Origin: Pseudomonas aeruginosa PAO1
GTDB lineage: Bacteria > Pseudomonadota > Gammaproteobacteria > Pseudomonadales > Pseudomonadaceae
Strand: one strand, 5' to 3'
DNA: 64,000 bases
Assembly (NCBI RefSeq): GCF_000006765.1
Contig: NC_002516.2
The notes under the pieces are model-generated. The model was not told the DNA's origin. It did no database searches and worked only from the letters and a program-made list of their open reading frames with translations. Both the position numbers and the translations under genes were made by a program. Positions 11,452-19,883 of the stretch are shown here, piece by piece. Every line of letters begins with the position of its first letter. Position 1 is the stretch's first letter.

Positions 11452-12621
11452 TCAACGCAGCAACGGCCGCAGCAGTTCGCGGGAAACGATGTGCCGCTGG
11501 ATTTCCGAAGTGCCCTCCCAGATCCGTTCGATCCGCGCGTTGCGCCAGATGCGCTCGACCGGTCCTTCATCCATCAGGCCCATGCCGCCGAAGATCTGCA
11601 CCGCTTCGTCGGCGACCTTGCCGAGGGTCTCGCTGGCGAACAGCTTGGCCATGCCGGCCTCGCCGTCGGTCATGGTGCCCTGGTCCATCTTCCAGGCGGT
11701 GTGCAGGGTCATCAGCTCGGCGGCACGGATCTGCGTGGCCATGTCGGCGAGCTTGAAGGAAACGCCCTGGTAGCTGCCGATCGGCTGGCCGAACTGCTTG
11801 CGATCGGCCGCCCAGCGCAGCGACAGGTCGAGGGCGCGCTGGGCCTGGCCGACGCAGTTGGCGGCGACCATCACCCGTCCGGCGGTGAGCCAGGCGTTGG
11901 CCACTTCCCAGCCCTTGCCGACCTCGCCGAGTACCTTGGAGGCCGGCACCCGGCAATCGTCGAAGAAGATCTCGTAAGTGTGGTAGCCACGGTTGCTCAC
12001 GCATTTCGGCCCGCGGCGCACGGTCATCCCGGGCGTGCCCTTGTCCACCAGGAAGGCGGTCACCGCGTTGCGCTTGCGGCCGTTGTGCTCGTAGCTGTCG
12101 GTGACAGCGAAGACGATGGCGAAGTCGGCGTGCCCGGCGTGGCTGATGAAGTGCTTGCTACCGTTGATCACGAAGGCGTCGCCGTCGCGCACCGCGCGGG
12201 TCTTGATCGAATTGGCGTCGGAGCCGGCGCCCGGCTCGGTGAGGGCGAAGCAATCGGTCTTTTCGCCCTGCACGCAGGGCAACAGGTAGTCGCCGAGCTG
12301 TTCTCCGGTGCAGGCCATGAGGATCTTCGAGGGCCGCGCGACGAATACGTGGAGGGCCCAGGAGACCTTCGACAGCTCGCGTTCGACCAGCGCCTGGGAC
12401 AGGTAGTCGAGGCCGCCGCCGCCCACTTCCTCGGGCATGTTGAAGGCATAGAAACCGGCGGCGATGGCCTTGCCGCGAATCTGTGCGGCCAGCTCCGGCG
12501 ACACCGCGTCGGCGCGGTCGATATCGTCCTCGTGGGGCAGCAGTTCCTTCTCGACGAAGCTGCGCACCGCCTCGACCAGCATGTCCTGTTCCTGGGTCAG
12601 CCTGAAATCCATGGGAATCAC
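11452..12621 (-). CDS. Acyl-CoA dehydrogenase (start may be MDFRL at 12612)
   Basis: FALTEPGAGSDA, NGSKHFI, RKQFGQPI, QIFGGMG, RIWEGTSEIQR with catalytic Glu. Confidence 0.93.
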   Translation of the reverse strand: MIPMDFRLTQEQDMLVEAVRSFVEKELLPHEDDIDRADAVSPELAAQIRGKAIAAGFYAFNMPEEVGGGGLDYLSQALVERELSKVSWALHVFVARPSKILMACTGEQLGDYLLPCVQGEKTDCFALTEPGAGSDANSIKTRAVRDGDAFVINGSKHFISHAGHADFAIVFAVTDSYEHNGRKRNAVTAFLVDKGTPGMTVRRGPKCVSNRGYHTYEIFFDDCRVPASKVLGEVGKGWEVANAWLTAGRVMVAANCVGQAQRALDLSLRWAADRKQFGQPIGSYQGVSFKLADMATQIRAAELMTLHTAWKMDQGTMTDGEAGMAKLFASETLGKVADEAVQIFGGMGLMDEGPVERIWRNARIERIWEGTSEIQRHIVSRELLRPLLR

Positions 12622-12632
12622 CTGCTCGGCGC

Positions 12633-13424
12633 CTAGCGCCCGCTGAATTGAGGGGAACGTTTCTCGGCCACGGCGCGCAGCGCCTCGGCGGCATCCTCGC
12701 TGCGCCCGCAGAGCAGCCCGGCGGCCTGCTCGGCCCGCAACTGCTCGGCCAGCGAGCGCCCGGCGCCGTCGCGCAGCAGGCGCTTGGTCTGGGCGAAGGC
12801 AAAGGTCGGACCGCTGGCGAGACGCGCAGCGAAGGCGCCGACCGCCTCAACCAGGTGCTCGTCGGCGACCACCTCGCCGACCAGTCCGGCGCCCAGGGCT
12901 CGCTCCGCGCTCCAGGCTTCGTCGAGGAACAGCAGGCGCTTGGCCGCCTCGCTGCCGAGCAGCCGTGGCAGATGCCAACTGGCGCCGGCGTCCGGGCAGT
13001 AGGCCATGCCGGTGTAGCCGGCCTTGAAGCGCGCCGAGGCGGCGGCGATGCGGAAATCGCAGCACAGCGCCAGGTCCATGCCAGCGCCCACGGCGCTGCC
13101 GTTGACGGCGGCGACTGTGGGTTTGTCGAGGGCGTGCAGGCGCCCCATCAGGGCGTGGGCGGCCTCGGTCCAGCCATAGCTTTCCAGCTCGCCACGGGCT
13201 TCAGCCGCCGCCCATTCGGCGAGATCGGCCCCGGCGCAGAAGCTGCGTCCGCTGCCGCCGAGCACCACAGCGCGCACTGCCGGGTCGCGCTCGCAGGCAT
13301 CGAGTCGGACGTGCAGGGCCTCCAGGGTGGGGATATCCAGTGCATTGCGCTGTTGCGGACGGTTCAGGACGAGCCAGGCGATCCCGGCTTCGACCCGCGT
13401 CTGCAATGGGGAAAGGTCAGTCAT
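12633..13424 (-). CDS. Enoyl-CoA hydratase/isomerase (crotonase fold)
   Basis: LNRPQQRNAL, FCAGADL, AAVNGSAVGAG, CDFRIA, PDAGASW. Confidence 0.92.
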   Translation of the reverse strand: MTDLSPLQTRVEAGIAWLVLNRPQQRNALDIPTLEALHVRLDACERDPAVRAVVLGGSGRSFCAGADLAEWAAAEARGELESYGWTEAAHALMGRLHALDKPTVAAVNGSAVGAGMDLALCCDFRIAAASARFKAGYTGMAYCPDAGASWHLPRLLGSEAAKRLLFLDEAWSAERALGAGLVGEVVADEHLVEAVGAFAARLASGPTFAFAQTKRLLRDGAGRSLAEQLRAEQAAGLLCGRSEDAAEALRAVAEKRSPQFSGR

Positions 13425-13629
13425 GCGGCCCTCGTTCTTATTGTTGGTTGATGGCGATCGCGGCTTTCAGGTAATACTAAACACTCGTTCAACAAGACCA
13501 CAATCCACCCATTCGGGTGTATGTAACGGCCCTGCGGCAGGCGCAAAGCCACACGCCATGCGATCCGCCGAAAAGCGGCGGAGGCCCGCGCGAGCCGGCT
13601 GTTACAACTTCGAACAAACCAACCAGGCG

Positions 13630-13662
13630 AAAACGAAAACGCCCGCCGGATGCGGCGGGCGT
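13630..13662 (-). terminator. Rho-independent terminator after the permease gene
   Basis: Minus strand ACGCCCGCCG-catc-CGGCGGGCGT followed by TTTCGTTTT. Confidence 0.75.
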
Positions 13663-13682
13663 CGGGTCCTGCGAATGGCCGT

Positions 13683-15095
13683 TCAGCCGGCCCGTCCCAG
13701 GGCGGGGTCGCCCAGTCCCTGCGGCTGCCGGCGACGAACCACGTAATAGGCCAGGTAGCAGGCGGCGATGAAGCCGAAGCCCCAGTACAAGGACGGCCGC
13801 TGGGTGGGATCGAGGGCGAGGAAGACGAACAGCGAGCAGCACACGGCGATGCAGGCCAGCGGCACCAGCGGGAACAGCGGCGCGGCATATTTCAGCTCGG
13901 CGACCGTGCCGCCGCTGGCCATGTGCTCGCGGCGGAAGCGGTATTGGGCGTAGGCGATGACGATCCAGGTGACGGTGCCGGACATCCCGCTCACCGCCAT
14001 CAGCACCATGAACAGGGTGTCGGCGGCGACCACGCTGGTCAGCAACGAGAGCAGGGCGAAGCACAGGGTGATCAGCAACGCGTAGAGCGGCACGCCGCGC
14101 GCGCTGAGCTTCGACAGGCCGCGCGGGGCCATGCCGGACCTGGACATCGCCCAGAGGATCCGCGTCGAGGCGTACAGGCCCGAGTTGCCTACCGAGAGGA
14201 TGGCGGTGAGGATGACGAAGTTCATCAGGTCCGCCGCGTAGGGAATCCCGACCATGTCGAACACCTGCACGAACGGGCTTTCCATCAGCCCGGCCTGTTG
14301 CCAGGGAATGATGGCGGAAAGCACGACGATGGCCAGCACGTAGAAGATCAGTACGCGGAACACCACGTTGCGCACCGCCCGCGGGATGCTCTTCTCCGGT
14401 CGCTCGGTCTCGCCGGCGGCGACGCCCATGATCTCGCAACCCTGGAAGGCATAGACCACCGTCATCATCACCGCGAACACCGCCGACAGGCCGTTGGGGA
14501 ACAGCCGCTCGCCGACCAGGTTGGAGAACATCGGCGCCGGCGCACCGCTCTTCAGTTCGATACCGCCGAAGATCACCAGCCCCCCGACCACGATGAACAC
14601 CAGGATCGCCGCCACCTTGATCCCGGCGAACCAGTACTCGGCCTCGCCGAAAGCGCGGGTCGCCAGGGCATTGAGGGAGAACAGCACGACCACGAAGAAA
14701 CCCGACCATAGCCACACGGGCACCTCCGGGAACCAGCGGGTCATGAGCATCCCGGCCGCGGTGAATTCCAGGCCTACCGTGGAGGCCCAGCTCATCCAGT
14801 AGACCCAGCCGATCATGAAGCCAGTCGCCGGGCCGATGAAACGCGTCGCGTGGGCCTGGAACGAACCGGAGACCGGCATCTGCACCGACAGCTCGCCGAG
14901 GCAGACCATCACCAGGTACATCAGCACCCCGGCCACCAGGTAGGCCAGCACCGCGCCGGCCGGGCCGCCCTGGTTGATGGTCACGCCGGAGCCCATGAAC
15001 AGCCCGGTGCCGATCACCCCGCCGAGGGACAGCATGAAGATGTGGCGGCTCGCCAGGGCCCGGGTGAGTTGCAGCCTTTCCTTGCCGTCAGCCAT
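13683..15095 (-). CDS. APC-family amino acid permease (LysP/RocE-like)
   Basis: LASRHIFMLSLGGVIGTGLFMGSG, LGELSV, FGEAEYWF, YAFQGCE; about 12 TM segments; GGAGG RBS. Confidence 0.92.
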   Translation of the reverse strand: MADGKERLQLTRALASRHIFMLSLGGVIGTGLFMGSGVTINQGGPAGAVLAYLVAGVLMYLVMVCLGELSVQMPVSGSFQAHATRFIGPATGFMIGWVYWMSWASTVGLEFTAAGMLMTRWFPEVPVWLWSGFFVVVLFSLNALATRAFGEAEYWFAGIKVAAILVFIVVGGLVIFGGIELKSGAPAPMFSNLVGERLFPNGLSAVFAVMMTVVYAFQGCEIMGVAAGETERPEKSIPRAVRNVVFRVLIFYVLAIVVLSAIIPWQQAGLMESPFVQVFDMVGIPYAADLMNFVILTAILSVGNSGLYASTRILWAMSRSGMAPRGLSKLSARGVPLYALLITLCFALLSLLTSVVAADTLFMVLMAVSGMSGTVTWIVIAYAQYRFRREHMASGGTVAELKYAAPLFPLVPLACIAVCCSLFVFLALDPTQRPSLYWGFGFIAACYLAYYVVRRRQPQGLGDPALGRAG

Positions 15096-15278
15096 GGCGC
15101 ACCTCCGGACGAGGGTACGCGCAGGGGTCTTCGAGATGGCTCATTATTCTTGTCTCCACTCTGTCAGAGGCCGTGTCTTGCGCACGGATGAGCGGATTAT
15201 TGGCGGCGGATGTAAGACGCCGTTGAACGCGCGGATCGAAGATGTAAAAAGCTGTAAGGAAGTTGTTCGCCGCGCCGC

Positions 15279-17531
15279 TCAACCGGCCGCTGAGTCGGCT
15301 TCGCCGAGGAAGCCGGCGCGGCGCAGGGCTTCGGCGCCGTCGCGGCGCAGGCTACCCAGGCGTGCGCCCCAGGCCCGCGGGTCGACCCCGGCCGCGCCCA
15401 GGGCCTCGCGCTCCAGCTCGCCCAGGCCGGCGCCGAGCGCCACCAGGCCCATGGAGTGGCAGCTTCCGGACAGGCGATGGGCGATGTTCGCCGCCTCGGC
15501 CAGGTCCGCCTGGTCCAGGGCTTCGGCCAGCAGCGGCAACTGCTCGTCCAGGCTTCCCAGCAGGTTGCCCAGCAGTCCGGCGAGCTTGTGCCGCCCCAGC
15601 AGGCGGCGGTGGGTCTCGAGCATTTGCCGGTCCAGCGCGGCGTCCACCGCAAGCGCAGGCACGCTGGTGCCGACCTCGCCCAGCGCGCGGCGCAGCTCGT
15701 CCATCCGCAGGGGCTTGCCGAGCACCCCCTGCATGCCCGCGGCGAAGTACCGACGCACCATGTCCGGCTGGATGCTGGCGGTGAAGGCGAAGATCGGCGT
15801 GGCGCGGTTCAGGCCGTCGAGCTGCCGGCGAATCCCGGCGCAAAGCTCGAGGCCAGCCATCCCCGGCAGGTGCATGTCCAGCAGGATCAGGTCGAAGCGC
15901 CGCTGCCGGCACAACGCCAGGGCCGGCCCCGCGTCCTCGGCCAGCATCACCCGGTGGCCGTCCCGCTCGAGCAGGCCCTGGGCCACCTCGCGGTTGAGCG
16001 CCACGTCCTCCACCAGCAGCACCTCCAGCGCAGACACCGATGCCGCCGGCGGCGTCGCGCCGGACAAGCTCGCCAGCGCCAGCTCGATCTCGAACCAGAA
16101 CGTGCTGCCCTGGCCGACCCGGCTTTCCACGCCGATCCGCCCGCCCAGCGCTTCCACCAGCCGCTTGCTGATCGCCAGGCCCAGGCCGGTTCCGCCGTAA
16201 CGGCGGGTCACGGCGTCGCCGCCCTGGGTGAAGCGTTCGAAGATGCGTTCGCGCATTTCCTCGGGAATGCCGATTCCATCGTCCGCGACGCTCAGCCGCA
16301 GGCGCTCGCTTCCTGCGCTGCGCGCCAGCCGCTCGACGCGAACGCGCACCTCGCCGGCCTCGGTGAACTTCACCGCGTTGCCCAGCAGGTTGGTCAACAC
16401 CTGGCGCAGGAACTGCTCGGCGCCGCGATGGCCGTCATGAACCTGTGGGTCCAGCCACAGGTCCAGCCGTGTGGCGTTCTCCCGCGCCCGTGGTTCGAGC
16501 AGGGTGAGGACGTCCTCGAGCAGGCTCCGCAAGGAAAAGTCCACCGCTTCCGGCACATCCGGCGCTTCCTCCAGCCGGGCGAAGTGGAGGACCTCGTTGA
16601 GGATCGCCAGCAGTCCCTCCCCCGCTGTCGCCAGTGCCCGCAGGCGCTGGCGGTCACGCTCGCCGAGCGATGCCTCGCGCAGCAGCTCGGCCATGCCCAG
16701 GATGCCGTTCAGCGGGGTACGGATCTCATGGCTCATGGTCGCGAGAAAACGGCTCTTGGCGCGGTCGGCGGCTTCCGCCTGGTCCTTCGCCCGGCGCAGG
16801 CTGGCGGTGCGCCGCTCGACCTGCCGACGCAACTCGTCGCGATCGGCATCGCGCCGGCGGCGGTCGGTGCGCAGGGCCTGGCGCATGTCTTCCAGGGCGG
16901 CGGCGACGGCGTCGATCTCATCGCGCTCGCGGTCCACCTTGTCCAGTCGCAGCGGCTGTTGCAGGTCGCCTTCGGCGATATGCCCGGCGAACTCGGACAT
17001 GCGCCACAGATGGCGAGTGACCAGGCTGTGGAACAGCCAACTGAGGGCCACCGCCAGGCCGCAAAGGAAACTGCCCATCCACAAGAGGCTGGCCAGGCCG
17101 CCGGAAACCAGCCGGCGATAGACCGCCGCCAGGTCGATGGCGATCTCCAGCTCGCCCAGTTGCCGACGCTCGCCCCCCGGCGGCTGGTAGCTCAAGGGAA
17201 AGCGCTCGACCCGCAGCATGCCGCGTGGACGCTGGTCGCCCTGCAACAGGTTGAAGTCGGCGCTTTGCAGGCTGACACGGGCGATGTCGGGGAAATCCCC
17301 GAGGCCGCGCAACTGCACGTTCAACTGCTCCTGGTTGAGATCCCACAGGCTGCGCTCGAAGCTGGCCAGGTAGCCGCTGCGGATCAGTTCCAGGCGCGCC
17401 TCGATCTCGCGCATTTCGCGGCGGTATTCGAAGAACAGCTGCACGGCGCCGGCGAGGACGGTGAAACACAGGCTGAACAGCAGCACCCGCCACAGCAGGC
17501 GCCGCGCCAACACTCCGCCGTGGCCGCTCAC
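15279..17531 (-). CDS. aruS: Unorthodox hybrid sensor kinase (2 TM, HAMP, HisKA, HATPase, REC, HPt), 750 aa from GTG 17531
   Basis: MSHEIRTPLNG H-box, NLLGNAVKFT, DDGIGI, GGTGLGLAI, receiver LLVED/LLDMHLPG/KP, HPt IAHRLSGS; GTG start overlaps the TGA of the upstream SBP gene. Confidence 0.85.
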   Translation of the reverse strand: MSGHGGVLARRLLWRVLLFSLCFTVLAGAVQLFFEYRREMREIEARLELIRSGYLASFERSLWDLNQEQLNVQLRGLGDFPDIARVSLQSADFNLLQGDQRPRGMLRVERFPLSYQPPGGERRQLGELEIAIDLAAVYRRLVSGGLASLLWMGSFLCGLAVALSWLFHSLVTRHLWRMSEFAGHIAEGDLQQPLRLDKVDRERDEIDAVAAALEDMRQALRTDRRRRDADRDELRRQVERRTASLRRAKDQAEAADRAKSRFLATMSHEIRTPLNGILGMAELLREASLGERDRQRLRALATAGEGLLAILNEVLHFARLEEAPDVPEAVDFSLRSLLEDVLTLLEPRARENATRLDLWLDPQVHDGHRGAEQFLRQVLTNLLGNAVKFTEAGEVRVRVERLARSAGSERLRLSVADDGIGIPEEMRERIFERFTQGGDAVTRRYGGTGLGLAISKRLVEALGGRIGVESRVGQGSTFWFEIELALASLSGATPPAASVSALEVLLVEDVALNREVAQGLLERDGHRVMLAEDAGPALALCRQRRFDLILLDMHLPGMAGLELCAGIRRQLDGLNRATPIFAFTASIQPDMVRRYFAAGMQGVLGKPLRMDELRRALGEVGTSVPALAVDAALDRQMLETHRRLLGRHKLAGLLGNLLGSLDEQLPLLAEALDQADLAEAANIAHRLSGSCHSMGLVALGAGLGELEREALGAAGVDPRAWGARLGSLRRDGAEALRRAGFLGEADSAAG

Positions 17532-18304
17532 CAGGCGTCCGCGCGGTTGCCGGCGAGGCGCCGATAGTCGCGCACGCTGTCGTCCAGCCAACGCTGGATG
17601 CTGCCGTCGTCGCGATAGCCACGCAGGGCCCGGTCGATCTCGTCCATCTTCGCCGCCAGCGGCGAGTGCCGCGAGACCGCCACCCGCAGGTAGTCCACCG
17701 TCAGCGGTTCGGGCAGCGCACGGATGTTCTCGCCGCCGGCCAGGCGCTCGGCGAACAGCGTGCCGGTGCGTCGTTCGTGGGCGATGTAGTCGATGCGCTG
17801 GCGCACCAGCTTGCCGAAGTTCTGTCGGCTGTCGGAAACCCATTCGACGTTGCCGTGGCGGCCGACGAAGCGGTCGAAGTCCGCCCCGTAGCTTTCGCCG
17901 AACAACAGCCCGCCGCGATAGCCGGCGAGGTCGCCGAGGGATTGGATGCGCACCGGCCGCTGGCGGTTGTAGAAGATCGCCACCTCCTCGCGCAGCACCG
18001 GCTCGGCGGAAAACGCCAGGTCGCGATCGCGCGCGGGCGTGCGGTAGGCCAGTATCAGGTCGACCCGTCCGGCGGCGGCGTCGAGCAGGCAGCGCCGCCA
18101 GTTGCCCAGCACCACCACCTCGACCCGGTAGCCCAGCGCGCCGAACAGCCGCTTCACCAGCTCCGGCGCCAGCCCCCGGACCTGCTGGCCGTCGCTCCAG
18201 GAAATCGGCGGGTATACCGGATAGTCGCAATAGCGGATGGTCTCCGCAGCCTGTGCCAGGCCGCCCAGCAGCCATCCGCAGAGCGCCAGCCAGCAGGCCT
18301 GCAT
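17528..18304 (-). CDS. Periplasmic substrate-binding protein (family 3, amino-acid type)
   Basis: Signal peptide ending AQA-AE, DYPVYPP, NWRRCL...GRVDL, RIDY; no adjacent ABC permease or ATPase. Confidence 0.85.
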   Translation of the reverse strand: MQACWLALCGWLLGGLAQAAETIRYCDYPVYPPISWSDGQQVRGLAPELVKRLFGALGYRVEVVVLGNWRRCLLDAAAGRVDLILAYRTPARDRDLAFSAEPVLREEVAIFYNRQRPVRIQSLGDLAGYRGGLLFGESYGADFDRFVGRHGNVEWVSDSRQNFGKLVRQRIDYIAHERRTGTLFAERLAGGENIRALPEPLTVDYLRVAVSRHSPLAAKMDEIDRALRGYRDDGSIQRWLDDSVRDYRRLAGNRADAW

Positions 18305-18307
18305 GGC

Positions 18308-19045
18308 TCAGGCGTCGCTGGCCGCGGCGGTGAACAGGTAGCCGGCGCCGTGGATGGTGATGATCAGTTGCGGTTCGGCCGGGTCGTCGCGCAGCTTGCG
18401 ACGCAGGCGGCCGACCAGCACGTCGATGGAGCGATCGCTGGGCAGCCACTCGCGGTTGCGGATCTGGTCCATCAACTGGTCGCGGCTCAGGGTATGCCCG
18501 CTGTTGCGCAGGAAAGCGCCGAGCAATTGGAATTCGCCATGGGTGAGCAGGGTTTCGTTGCCCGCGTGGTCGATCAGGCGGCGCCGGTCGGCGTCCAGCA
18601 GCCAGTCGCCGAACTGCCTGAGGGCCTGCCGGGCGGGGCCGGCGCTGGCCTGGGCATGGCGCACCCGGCGGATCAGGTTCTTCGCCCGCGACACCAGTTC
18701 GCGCGGGTTCAGCGGCTTGATCACGTAATCGTCGGCGCCGCACTCCAGGCCGACGATGCGATCGATCTCGTCGTTGCGCCCGGTGATCAGGATGATCCCC
18801 ACCTCGGAGCGCACCCGCAGCTCGCGGGTCAGGGTCAGGCCGTCCTTGCCGGGCAGGCGGATGTCCAGCAGCACCAGCTCGACCGGCTGGCCGAGATGGG
18901 CGCACTCGGCAAGGCAGGCTTCCGCCTGCTCGGCGTTGCCGGCGCAGAGGACGTCATAGCCCTCCTCGCCGAGATAGGCCTGGAGAAGCTCACGAATCAC
19001 CGGGTCGTCGTCGACCACCAATACGCGCGGAACCATCGCCATCAC
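18308..19045 (-). CDS. aruR: OmpR/TorR-family response regulator
   Basis: VVDDDP, LVLLDIRLPG (phospho-Asp), GADDYVIKP, wHTH RSIDVLVGRLRRKL...ITIHGAGY. Confidence 0.9.
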   Translation of the reverse strand: MMAMVPRVLVVDDDPVIRELLQAYLGEEGYDVLCAGNAEQAEACLAECAHLGQPVELVLLDIRLPGKDGLTLTRELRVRSEVGIILITGRNDEIDRIVGLECGADDYVIKPLNPRELVSRAKNLIRRVRHAQASAGPARQALRQFGDWLLDADRRRLIDHAGNETLLTHGEFQLLGAFLRNSGHTLSRDQLMDQIRNREWLPSDRSIDVLVGRLRRKLRDDPAEPQLIITIHGAGYLFTAAASDA

Positions 19046-19159
19046 CTTGCGCCTCCGGCGGGCCGGGGCGTTTCTTGTTCTGGGTTGTCGGACGGTGGGC
19101 GGAAGGGGCCGGGGCGCCTTCCGCTGCCAGCAGCAGCCTATCCACTACTGAACGAACGA

Positions 19160-19807
19160 TCAACAAGCTTCCATCGCACGCCGGAAGCGGCGATGGGCGC
19201 CCGCCTCCAGGCCATCCACCCAGGCCTCGCAAATCTGCACGCCCTGCCGCGGCGTGAAGGTCGCGGGATTCAGCCCAGACTCCAGCCACAGCCCGTCGAG
19301 CAGGGCGCTGAGGCTGATGGCCGCCAGTTCCGCGTCGAAGTCCGCCCAGCCGCCCTCCTCCGCCAGTTGCCGCAGCACGCCGACCAGCAGCGCCCGGTAC
19401 TCGCCATAGGAATGGTCGTGGACCCGCCCGATCGCTTCGATGCTGCCCACCGCACCCCAGAACGCCAGCCAGGCGTCGAGCAATTGCGGATCGAGCAGCT
19501 CGGCGGAGAAGGATGCCTCGAAGAACGCCGAGAGCCGCGGGCGGGCGCCGCCCGGCGCGGTGTCGATGGCACCGCGGAGCAGGCGCATGACGCGTCCGGT
19601 GACCGCCAGGTAGGCCTCGGCCACCAGCGCGTCCTTGCCATCGTAGTGGTGATTGATCAGGCCCACCGATACCCCGGCCTCGGCGCAGATCTTGCGCACC
19701 GAGGCGCCCTGGAAGCCATGCCGCTTCAGGCAGGCCAGGGTCGCCTCGATCAGCAGCGCCTTGCGCTGCTCTGGCTCCAGACGGGAAAAGCGCACTTCCT
19801 GGTTCAT
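19160..19807 (-). CDS. TetR-family regulator (BetI-like C-terminal domain)
   Basis: HTH ASVRKICAEAGVSVGLINHHYDGKDAL; WLAFW and ALLDGLWL motifs of the BetI-type ligand domain. Confidence 0.9.
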   Translation of the reverse strand: MNQEVRFSRLEPEQRKALLIEATLACLKRHGFQGASVRKICAEAGVSVGLINHHYDGKDALVAEAYLAVTGRVMRLLRGAIDTAPGGARPRLSAFFEASFSAELLDPQLLDAWLAFWGAVGSIEAIGRVHDHSYGEYRALLVGVLRQLAEEGGWADFDAELAAISLSALLDGLWLESGLNPATFTPRQGVQICEAWVDGLEAGAHRRFRRAMEAC

Positions 19808-19883
19808 CCTTTCGCGGCTCCTGCTCGTCGCCCGCGACCACCGGCGGGCAGCCCCGATGATCGCAGGTTACGTGGCGCCCGTC

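Noticed and set aside
13544-13560. Possible sigma-54 promoter TGGCGTGTGGCTTTGC upstream of the hydratase gene
   Set aside because: GG-to-GC spacing is 11 nt rather than the strict 10 nt
15279-18905. 1208-aa ORF suggesting a giant sensor kinase
   Set aside because: The N-terminal 458 aa are an off-frame read through aruR and the SBP gene (Arg/Pro/Gly-rich nonsense); the real kinase begins at GTG 17531
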